A stretch of DNA of 55,871 bases. Origin: Clostridia bacterium (GTDB lineage: Bacteria; Bacillota; Clostridia; UMGS1883). This document shows positions 48,701 through 55,871 of the stretch, piece by piece. The stretch spans positions 1 to 55,871 of the forward strand of contig JAFQLL010000051.1 of assembly GCA_017414645.1 (NCBI GenBank), written 5' to 3'. Positions within the stretch are counted from its first letter, which is position 1; each line of letters opens with the position of its first letter. A program made the translations under genes and the position numbers. A model generated the notes under the pieces. It ran no database searches. It saw nothing but the letters and a program-made list of their open reading frames with translations, and was not told where the DNA came from.

Positions 48701-48875
48701 AGCTTCCGTCCGTATAACCTCCCATAATGCCCAAAGCGCTGAGTACATCAACTGCAAGCTCACAGTCAGTGTCAACTGTGTCGTAATAAGATGCAGCAAG
48801 CACGCTGTTCGGAACAACTATAAGAGAGCAAACCATTGTGAGCATTAAGAGCATGCTCAGAATTCTTTTTTTCAT
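45798..48875 (-). CDS. S-layer-type protein with N-terminal SLH domains
   Basis: Signal peptide; LGIMGGYTDGSFLPYNTITKAE and ITRGD SLH motifs; DNNGDDEYD Ca-binding-like motif; acidic beta-rich body. Confidence 0.82.
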   Translation of the reverse strand: MKKRILSMLLMLTMVCSLIVVPNSVLAASYYDTVDTDCELAVDVLSALGIMGGYTDGSFLPYNTITKAEMAAIAIKLVGLDGYGEEAPDDMELFNDMYDYEGWAAGAVAMAKTKGIARSDENGNFNPDMSASYEDAMQMIVSALGYGHEAQVRGDELKDYVYVAQKLGLTKKLNTAMGQNITRGDVAKLVYKALTVDLMLPVSYSHDGTIVTSQVVEGKNALNTYFEIQEINGIITENEYAAIDGETTIEEEQVLINDEVFNVGHTDIKNFLGYYATVYVLDAEDATENRTVIAYTTKSVKNNTITIKDENLEDVTSSVGEGYTFEYWVNKDTDKKTKEVKTSATPLVLYNGKAVIDVTADILVPQHGEVVLIDNNGDDEYDIIDIWEYELVFVFSASQTSGNVSGYYDRATTYKFNPDDEDYHVTFLNEYGGIAQLSDIRQYSVLYVYESLDKKVKKVVISNRKTTGTVDEVSSDDLYTIGGIEYEISPAVAGRIELAVSDAGEYYLDADNRIAGFEGTTVIRKNIGMFIAVNDGGLRRGYQMKVLTQNSGVRIFNIASSVEVNGESMTADEIYELAFTDALFGTSEDPEYASNGLQRPHPSRAGFLYKVNSRDEICEITVVGEDDRYLQTRQIKTSGYLYYSAGHHCLHYSQETTVDEFGNTVGKRTYCDDKTTNFLVEEAVSKLDDNQSFYTKQMNTYWDNYNFDIYDYCWAYYYSADGEEIDMQKTVCNFLVMANWYDDSVDSSEDLEQNRDATYYQDNTAIKFIQNITSAYDKASGEPTYRVYYFDGTSVRNALIRPQYSWVAHIGGDVNNALYPNGFPVRVSTDGAYIEDIAPYFDEANLADYAKMVNVTQPIFNESTKSYVMPFKPFYQEQWRRWNYWSSHNYCTRFYCGLVTSIDEVVGKKLFNVAAATGENQGAGVDGANTYNLSVLSNERLEGTVYRINFDREGKINSISRGSLDDIAPGQFVIVRKRAYDTSPKWQALTGYAINDIFIISDDAAELDYLSDFYNQVQEEVVNAE

Positions 48876-48905
48876 ATTGCTAACCTCTCTATCTGTTGGA
48901 TTTAA

Positions 48906-50723
48906 TTACTTCATGTATCTGTAAATCTGATCAAGAATTACTGCAAGATATGCACGGGATGCATCTACTGTAGGTTCAAACTTATCCATCTGCTTATGGT
49001 TGGTTGCACCAATGTAAACGCCTGCGTGGTAAAGAGCACCAACTGCCTCTACCGCATAGGGTGCGATTTCATTGCTATCCTTGAACAAACTAACACTTGC
49101 TGTAAACTTATCAAGAGACAAGCCCTTCAACTTAGCAGCTCTGTAAAGAACTGTAACTGCATCCTGTCTTGTTACAGTGTCGTTCACGCCAAAAATACCG
49201 TTACCGTAACCCTGTGCAAGACCAAGCTTTTCAGCACTTGCTACATAAATGTAATACCAAGCATTGGGGTCAACATCTGTGAAGGAGCATGTTGCTGTTA
49301 CATCAGCCATACCGAGCACGTTAATAATCATCTTCATGAATTCGGCTCTTGTAACACTCTTTTCGGGACCGAATGTCTTATCGCCATAACCTAAAAGAAT
49401 CTTATTCTTGGAAAGGTTAAGGATAGCATCGCTTGCCCAGTCATACTGAGTGCCGGCTACGTCTGTATAGTAGTCCTTAATTTCAACATTGGGGTCCTTG
49501 TTGTTTTCATCCTGAGAAAGCTGTGTGCTTACTTCGGAAGTCTTTACAACACCACCGATCGAAGAGCCGCTGCCTCCGCTACCGGTCTTTGTGTTATCAT
49601 ATTCCTTCTTGGCTGCCTTGTAAGCGTCTTCCCAAGCTTCCTGAATTTCGTCAATGCTGTAATATGTGCCCTGGAATTCTTCGCAGAAGAGCTTTCTGAG
49701 CTTCTTTGTATCTTCAAGCTTTTCAATTTCATCTTCGTCAACCTGGAAAATATCATTGTTAGCCTTTACCACGTCAACAAGATTGAGCCAGTGTGTTTCG
49801 TTAACAATCTGAACTGCTGCTGCCTTTTCCATAGCCACAGCGAGCTCGTCAACACTTGCTACTGTGGGAGCAATTGTCTTTACAACCTTCGCAAGTGTGT
49901 CTGTGTTCTGGATTTTGCCGTAAAGGCTTTCATCGTCTGCATCAAAGCCGATTACAGATTCAAATCTGTAAAGAAGCTCTGCCATCGCTTTGTCGGAAAT
50001 ACCATCTGCATTATATGCAGCTATAAGATATGCATCTTTAACAAAATCTTCACTGTTTTCAGCAGTGTAGCTACCCTTACCGGCAGAATATCCACCATTA
50101 ACACCGTTAAGAATAAGCTCTGCAAACAATGCCTTTGCACCGTTTTCGCCATCTGTAAGAGCCTCGTAATCTTCGCCTGTAAGCTTAAGAATTACGTTGC
50201 CCTCTTCATCTTCGGAGCATTCAATAACAGAAAGTGCATTGTAAGTAGCATCGAACTTTTCTTTTACAACACTTGCTTCAACATCAGTGAGGTTAATTGC
50301 TTCAAAGAAGCCGTTAACGTCTTCAACGCCGATGTAGAAAACTTCGCTCTTGAATACGTCAGCTGCCTTGTTAAGAGCAGCAACAAGAGTGTATGTACCG
50401 GTGTCTGCATCATCAGGAGCACCAAGCTTTACTTCAGCTTTGTTGCTGCCTACAGGTGCGTAACCAACTGTTACAAGCTCACCTGCTGCATCGAGCATGT
50501 AAACCATAACGGTCTGGTCGTTGTCACTGTTTTCAGTAACAATATCAACATATACGTAGTTATTACCAACCTGGTTAGCAACAACGCTTGTTACTTCAGG
50601 TCTTACGTATACAACTGCTTCGGGCGCAATATCGGCAGCGAGAGCGCCGATTGCTGTGCACTGAATGAGCATAAAAGCACAAACAGCTACAGCTATAAGT
50701 CTTATCATTTTATTGCCGTTCAT
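48906..50723 (-). CDS. Secreted protein with C-terminal SLH domains
   Basis: Signal peptide; GSGGSG linker; VTRAE, VTRQD and ASRAY SLH motifs. Confidence 0.85.
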   Translation of the reverse strand: MNGNKMIRLIAVAVCAFMLIQCTAIGALAADIAPEAVVYVRPEVTSVVANQVGNNYVYVDIVTENSDNDQTVMVYMLDAAGELVTVGYAPVGSNKAEVKLGAPDDADTGTYTLVAALNKAADVFKSEVFYIGVEDVNGFFEAINLTDVEASVVKEKFDATYNALSVIECSEDEEGNVILKLTGEDYEALTDGENGAKALFAELILNGVNGGYSAGKGSYTAENSEDFVKDAYLIAAYNADGISDKAMAELLYRFESVIGFDADDESLYGKIQNTDTLAKVVKTIAPTVASVDELAVAMEKAAAVQIVNETHWLNLVDVVKANNDIFQVDEDEIEKLEDTKKLRKLFCEEFQGTYYSIDEIQEAWEDAYKAAKKEYDNTKTGSGGSGSSIGGVVKTSEVSTQLSQDENNKDPNVEIKDYYTDVAGTQYDWASDAILNLSKNKILLGYGDKTFGPEKSVTRAEFMKMIINVLGMADVTATCSFTDVDPNAWYYIYVASAEKLGLAQGYGNGIFGVNDTVTRQDAVTVLYRAAKLKGLSLDKFTASVSLFKDSNEIAPYAVEAVGALYHAGVYIGATNHKQMDKFEPTVDASRAYLAVILDQIYRYMK

Positions 50724-50752
50724 TTCTCTTCCTCCATTCATATCGGATTAAA

Positions 50753-51979
50753 TTACTTACCTTCTACTATGTAGGGGTTCATCAACGAAGGCATCTGACC
50801 ATAGTACTGAGTAGGTGTTGTATCGCTTATGAAATACACCATGTACTTGTACTGAGTAAGGTCTTCGTCTTCGGGGATTTCAATTTCCAAAGTAACTTCT
50901 GCTTCATCCAATACGAGAGCACATTCTTCAGCAGTTACAAAGTCAATCATGATGTCGTTCTTGTAAAGAACGCCTACTGCTGTGAAGAACACGTCATCTT
51001 CATCGGAGTTATAAAGAGTTGTTGTATGTGTAAGTGTTCCGCTTGTTGTAAAGCCGGAAGCACGATCATATTCGTTGCCGTTTGCATCTTTACACAAAAC
51101 AGTTTTTATTTCCAGAGGATTGTCAAAAATTTCTGCTTCATAAAGCTCAATGTCATCCATTGAAAGAGTATTCTTACCCTTATAGTTAAAGTCTATTGCA
51201 AAGAGACCTGTCGCAGGAGCTTTAAATGTGAAGAGAACCTGCTGCCAGGAACCTGTAACATCAACCTCTCTGCCGATTTCATTCCAGCCAACAACGTATG
51301 TGTCACCATTTTCTGCAATAACCTTGAATGCGCGGTCATCGTCAGCAATAGAGCCACCGGAGGGCATCTTAAGCCATGCGGAGAACACATAAATGCTGTC
51401 GCCTGTTACAGCTGTACGGTAAATAACATCGCCTGCGGAAATGGAAAGACCAAAATAGCCGCTGTGTGCTGCATCTGTTGTGATTTCACCGTTTGCCTGA
51501 AGTCTGTTCTTTGCAGTTGCGGAAATGGGGCCGGGAACAATTTCGGGGTTTGATTCAAAACCATCGAGCTTGATTGCGTTGCCCTGACCTGCAGCTACCT
51601 TATAGCGAAGGTTGTCATATGTGAATACTGCTGCGTTGTCCTCACCGGGTGTTACATAAATACCACCGTCACGGAGAGTTGCTGCGAAAAGATCGAGAAC
51701 TTCCTCTTCTTCGATTTCTTCTTCAGCTTCTGTAGCAGTTTCTTCTTCAGTAGCCTCTTCAGTAGGTTCTTCTGTTTCTTCTTCAACTTCTTCTGCTTCT
51801 GTTACTTCAACCTCTTCCTCAGCTTCAGTCACTTCTTCAGCATCGGGAGTGATTTCTGTAACTACTTCTTCAACTGCTTCTTCAACCGCTTCTTCTGCAA
51901 AAACAGTAACCACAGAAGAGCAAAGTGCAATTGCGAGAGTCAAGCAAATCATCTTGAAAATCATACTTTTCTTTTTCAT
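50753..51979 (-). CDS. Secreted protein with Glu-rich linker and CBM4/9/22-like domain
   Basis: Signal peptide; E/T-rich stretch; AAHSG..., YVFSAWLK, WQQV.FTF, MDDIEL jelly-roll pattern. Confidence 0.65.
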   Translation of the reverse strand: MKKKSMIFKMICLTLAIALCSSVVTVFAEEAVEEAVEEVVTEITPDAEEVTEAEEEVEVTEAEEVEEETEEPTEEATEEETATEAEEEIEEEEVLDLFAATLRDGGIYVTPGEDNAAVFTYDNLRYKVAAGQGNAIKLDGFESNPEIVPGPISATAKNRLQANGEITTDAAHSGYFGLSISAGDVIYRTAVTGDSIYVFSAWLKMPSGGSIADDDRAFKVIAENGDTYVVGWNEIGREVDVTGSWQQVLFTFKAPATGLFAIDFNYKGKNTLSMDDIELYEAEIFDNPLEIKTVLCKDANGNEYDRASGFTTSGTLTHTTTLYNSDEDDVFFTAVGVLYKNDIMIDFVTAEECALVLDEAEVTLEIEIPEDEDLTQYKYMVYFISDTTPTQYYGQMPSLMNPYIVEGK

Positions 51980-52087
51980 TTGGCATTCCTCCTAATAACC
52001 GTCGGCAACCCGACCAGTATATTCAAAAAATTTAAAACATATTCATTGCCTTTGCAGGCACAAAACCAACCTCACGGTCGGTATTGT

Positions 52088-53425
52088 TTACTCATTAAGC
52101 TGCCATGCTCTGACATAATCTATACAGAACTCAGCAGGCCACTGTGTGCTCGAGTCGGGCTTGCCGTCCCAACCGTCAATGGCAAGATTAAGAATCATGT
52201 ACATTCCCGTTGCTTCCTTTATGGCACTCTTGTTGGTGAAATCATGTCCCACCTGCACACCGTCCACATAGTAGCGCATGTAATCGGGAGTCCATTCAAA
52301 GCCGTAGGTGTGGAAGTCGTCGCTGGTACTGTAGCCAAGGTTTAAAACCTGTTCATGACTGTAGTGCTCATTCCATGCAGGGCCATAGTGAAAATTCACA
52401 TGCAGCTCATTGGGTTTTGAACACAAAACCTCAAGCATATCAATCTCGGGCGGCCATCCGTCCTTGAGCATCCACCAAGCAGGCCACATGCCCTTGCCCT
52501 TCGGCATTTTCATTCTGGCTTCAAAGTAGCCATAATCAAAGTTGTATTTGTGGTGAGTGTTTACTGCACCGGAAGTATAAACAATGTCATACTTTTTATT
52601 ATTGAAGGTACCCTGTTTTCCTTGCGCATCGGGATGCTGTTTGTTTTCGCCCTTCAGGGTGAGAATACCATCCTTCACAATTACATTTTCGGGAACACAC
52701 CATGCAGCATGGTTGTGCGAGTGGCCCCAGGAATAGTTATAGCCCCATTTTGTAGTATCCAGGCTGTCTCCGTTAAAATCGTCGCTAAACACCAGGCGGT
52801 ATCTCTCGTCGATATAATCGGGTCTTTCAACACCGCTGTTTTCAATAACAGGAAACTGAATTCTTCTTATCCCGCTACCCTTTACAACGGGCAGTCTCAT
52901 GTAGCTTTCCTTCATAACATCAATCCACTGATACATTGCATATTTCTCCACAATGTGCTTGGGATCAAAAGCTTCATCGTTTTCAATAATGCCGTTAGCG
53001 GCAGCCACCTCTATATATGTAAGGTATTTCGGGTCAATCTCATTCTTATCTTTAAAATTCAGATCACAACCGACCGCCAGCTCATTTTTCTTTGCGATAA
53101 GAGTTTTTACTATTAAAGTAATAAGCTCCTCTGTTGTAAGATAATCGCCAAGATTAAGCTTTCCGTTTTCGTCGGCAAAGGTCTGGTCGAGGATGCCCTT
53201 TCGCATAAGAGCGGCAACCATACCTGCATTCGGATCATTCGGTTTAATATCGGCAAAGCCACCTTCATACAAAAGCTCTTTACCCTCTACCCAGTTAAAA
53301 ATTTCATTGAGAAAATCCCACTTTATAGCTTCTGTGTCAACATGCGCATTAATACTGACACAGGAAATTATAAGCAAAAAGCACAATACCGCAGACAATA
53401 TTCTTTGTATGCGTTTCATTTTCAT
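52088..53425 (-). CDS. GH16 glycoside hydrolase (beta-1,3-glucanase-like) with N-terminal SLH-like region
   Basis: LVFSDDFNG, YGYFEARMK, WPAWWML, catalytic EIDMLE; FADI.../FKD..EI SLH-like N-terminus. Confidence 0.88.
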   Translation of the reverse strand: MKMKRIQRILSAVLCFLLIISCVSINAHVDTEAIKWDFLNEIFNWVEGKELLYEGGFADIKPNDPNAGMVAALMRKGILDQTFADENGKLNLGDYLTTEELITLIVKTLIAKKNELAVGCDLNFKDKNEIDPKYLTYIEVAAANGIIENDEAFDPKHIVEKYAMYQWIDVMKESYMRLPVVKGSGIRRIQFPVIENSGVERPDYIDERYRLVFSDDFNGDSLDTTKWGYNYSWGHSHNHAAWCVPENVIVKDGILTLKGENKQHPDAQGKQGTFNNKKYDIVYTSGAVNTHHKYNFDYGYFEARMKMPKGKGMWPAWWMLKDGWPPEIDMLEVLCSKPNELHVNFHYGPAWNEHYSHEQVLNLGYSTSDDFHTYGFEWTPDYMRYYVDGVQVGHDFTNKSAIKEATGMYMILNLAIDGWDGKPDSSTQWPAEFCIDYVRAWQLNE

Positions 53426-53533
53426 TTTCTCTCCTTCGCATAGAGATACCTATATTATTATACATCTATCATATATAATACACCAAATTTTCGTCCGTGT
53501 AAATAGTTTTGTTACTTTTTTTGCATAAATTTT

Positions 53534-55414
53534 TTACCAAATTTTTAACATTTCCAGAGAATTTCCCCATTTATCCTTGGTTTTGGCTTCAATGAGCTTT
53601 TCTACAGCCAGCACGAAAAAGCGGCACATTGAATCTGCTCCGCGCGAAGAAAGATGCATCATGTCCTTCGGAGCATTGTTTTCATAGTCCCACAAGTGAT
53701 ATACCTTGTATACCTCTTCGCGCCCTACCTCTGAAAACCAGCCGGAGGACATGTCGGTAAGGTCAACATAGAAGCAGCCTTTTTCTTTGGCAAGATCTCT
53801 GACCGCATTGAAAAACTCGCTGTAATTACCGCCGTCGCTCTTGCCTGTGTCCTTTTCGTCGCCCCAGCCGTAGCCTGCAGAAATCTGCGGACTTACCAGA
53901 ATAGGTATCATACCCTTTTCACCACAATAATCAACCATATAGGAAAGGCACTCTGTCATTTCCTCCGCTGTAGACTTGTCTCTGTCGTTAATACCGAACT
54001 GAATAATAAAAATATCACCCTTCTCGCCTTCCTTTTCAATAACAGAAAAGCTGTTGTCGAACCATTTTTTCGCCCAGTCACCGCTTGCCGCCAGATTCAT
54101 TACACGGGCATCCACATATTTTTCCAAAAACATTCCCCAGCCTGACATAACAGTGCCGTCAGCCTCTTGGCCTGTTCTTAAAAGCGGGTAGTAGTTACAC
54201 ACTGTAGAGTCGCCTGCCATGAAAATGCGGGGTTTGTGATCGTTTACCAAATCTGTTTCACGGAACATTATATAGCTGAGCTTATCCGTGAGACCTGCTA
54301 CTTTAACAGAAAATTCTCCACCTTGGAAATGATATTTATCAAAGGTGTGCACGGCAGGCTCTGTCACCTTCTCTGTACCGGGCATGTCAAGATTTGATGC
54401 AATAAGGTAATTATCAAGATACACACTCGCCTTAAGAGGCTCGCTCTTTTTTACACTTATGTCATAAAGCCCCGGGTACATTTGTGCCGTAAAAGGTTTT
54501 TCAGTTGTGGCAAAATCCCCGGCTTCGATTGCGAAGACAGGTGCCAGCTGTATTTTTTCGCAGGAGGTAAAGCTTACATTTATTTTCCCGCCCACGCTTT
54601 TTGCCACCATTGCCCTTCCGTCGTCAAAAAGAGGGTTCTCAACAGTTACATTCACACCGTTTTTAGTATAAACAGCAAAGGTGTCTGTAATATAGCTTTC
54701 AGGCAAAACATCGATAGACAAGCTTCTTTCGCCCGGTTTTACGTCATAGAAACTGCTCATTCCCATTTTAAGGTTACCCTTAACACTTTCAATTTTCATA
54801 AGAGCTTTAAAAACCTCAAAGGCACAGGCTCTGTCAGCACTCTTTGTAAGTTCAAGGGTTGACTTATAAACCGAACCTATACCCGAGGAGCCCGCTTTTG
54901 TTGCCATAGATGCAGTAAAGGCTGCGAGGTCAATGTATGTAATACTCTTTGCTTTTGCTGTGCTGCGCGTTGTTTCGGTATAAAAGTTTTTTGTTTCAGC
55001 CATCTGCCCTGTAAGAGAGTTGAACCTGACACTGCTGCATATAGAAACAAAAATTATGTTTACGTTCTTTTTCTTAAGCTCGGCTATAACCGAATCAAGG
55101 CTTTGCTTAAAGTCGGCATTTTTGTCCATAAGGCGGTCCTTTTCCAGAATGCCGTAGGAAATAATTACCGTGTCGCCTGTTTTTATGCGTGCATACTCCG
55201 CCTTTTTCTGAAGGTTGCTCAGGAGGTCTCCGTTTTCTGCACCATTAACGAAAAGTGCAGAATCGCAGAAAAAACTTTCAAGGCTTTCGCCCCAGCCTTT
55301 TGCCCAATCGTCACCAAAGAGATAAACCTTCCCCGAGCCTTCCTCGCCCAAGGCAAAATGCACCTCGGAAAACAGCATACATATAATAAGGAAAAGAGCC
55401 GTTACTTTTTTCAT
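53534..55414 (-). CDS. Secreted SGNH/GDSL esterase (CE12 rhamnogalacturonan-acetylesterase-like) with a degenerate N-terminal SGNH domain
   Basis: C-terminal MAGDSTV, SGWG, IQFGIND, DMMH; N-terminal LFGDDW..GWG lacks the catalytic Ser. Confidence 0.8.
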   Translation of the reverse strand: MKKVTALFLIICMLFSEVHFALGEEGSGKVYLFGDDWAKGWGESLESFFCDSALFVNGAENGDLLSNLQKKAEYARIKTGDTVIISYGILEKDRLMDKNADFKQSLDSVIAELKKKNVNIIFVSICSSVRFNSLTGQMAETKNFYTETTRSTAKAKSITYIDLAAFTASMATKAGSSGIGSVYKSTLELTKSADRACAFEVFKALMKIESVKGNLKMGMSSFYDVKPGERSLSIDVLPESYITDTFAVYTKNGVNVTVENPLFDDGRAMVAKSVGGKINVSFTSCEKIQLAPVFAIEAGDFATTEKPFTAQMYPGLYDISVKKSEPLKASVYLDNYLIASNLDMPGTEKVTEPAVHTFDKYHFQGGEFSVKVAGLTDKLSYIMFRETDLVNDHKPRIFMAGDSTVCNYYPLLRTGQEADGTVMSGWGMFLEKYVDARVMNLAASGDWAKKWFDNSFSVIEKEGEKGDIFIIQFGINDRDKSTAEEMTECLSYMVDYCGEKGMIPILVSPQISAGYGWGDEKDTGKSDGGNYSEFFNAVRDLAKEKGCFYVDLTDMSSGWFSEVGREEVYKVYHLWDYENNAPKDMMHLSSRGADSMCRFFVLAVEKLIEAKTKDKWGNSLEMLKIW

Positions 55415-55528
55415 AGAATTCCACACCACCTTTCTGAAAGAGACTTCTCCCTAATGTATATTATATATTTTTATATTTTTCAGTCAATAATAGTAACAGA
55501 ATTGTAAAGGAGGTGTAATGTTAATTAA

Positions 55529-55699
55529 ATGAACGGCAAAAAGAAACCCCATATCAATGAACGTATAAGGAAGCTTGGCGAGGAAATTGCAAAGGAGTTC
55601 ATAAACCCCGACACACTTCACTCAGACCCCTTAGGCAGCTGGACAGGCACCCCCGCCGACCGGGATGATAAGCCCACTCAGGATGCAGATGATTTATGA
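55529..55699 (+). CDS. 56-aa small protein ending SDPLGSWTG...QDADDL (below the ORF-track cutoff)
   Basis: AGGAGGTG upstream; clean frame; C-terminus resembles a recurring clostridial small-protein motif as recalled. Confidence 0.65.
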   Translation: MNGKKKPHINERIRKLGEEIAKEFINPDTLHSDPLGSWTGTPADRDDKPTQDADDL

Positions 55700-55703
55700 G
55701 CAA

Positions 55704-55871
55704 GAACAAAGTGTCTCCGACACTCTCTGGCGATAGTTGCAATTAAGGTAAACAGAGGAGAAAACACTTTGTAATGCCATATGCGTTTTCCGAGCCTCGC
55801 GAGGAAATTCTCGCATGGCAATAATATAAAATTTATTTTTGCCTTATAGGAAATACGCAATTTCCTATAAG
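55704..55871. repeat. Family A structured repeat, copy A4 (runs to window end)
   Basis: Colinear with A2 and A3; starts 5 bp after a stop codon. Confidence 0.92.

Noticed and set aside
46212-50774. Several 130-330 aa + strand ORFs, and similar ones opposite hypD, rocA and the 5976-8156 gene
   Set aside because: Same antisense-shadow artefact over well-supported genes.
45582-55871. Genomic island integrated at tRNA-Asn
   Set aside because: The cluster lies 5' of the tRNA; no integrase or duplicated tRNA 3' end; codon usage looks native.

Overview
A 55.9-kb chromosomal segment of a spore-forming Clostridia-type Firmicute, judged from spoIIGA-sigE, sigma-A promoters and several SLH-anchored surface proteins; a Monoglobales-like lineage is plausible but is inference only. 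Housekeeping content: a Fur/Zur-regulated Zn ABC importer, ispDF/carD, aroBAC-pheA, malQ, htpG, a truncated his operon (hisZGH-F), nadE, pyrE, a RluA-type pseudouridine synthase and tRNA-Asn. Notable catabolic and surface content: a trans-4-hydroxy-L-proline dehydratase (HypD) with its activase, a P5C dehydrogenase about 10 kb away, and two clusters of large acidic SLH/S-layer proteins with GH16, SGNH and CBM-like modules. No transposase, integrase, phage, CRISPR or cas gene was recognised. The least-explained signal is non-coding. Several families of structured intergenic repeats sit beside gene ends and terminators (A, ~170 bp, 4 copies; related B, 121 bp, 2 copies; covarying C, 2 copies; heptamer-plus-palindrome E, 2 copies). 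A TCGATAT-hairpin array lies in the nadE leader. A riboswitch-like leader with mutually exclusive RBS-controlling folds lies in front of hisF. All calls are by eye, without database searches.
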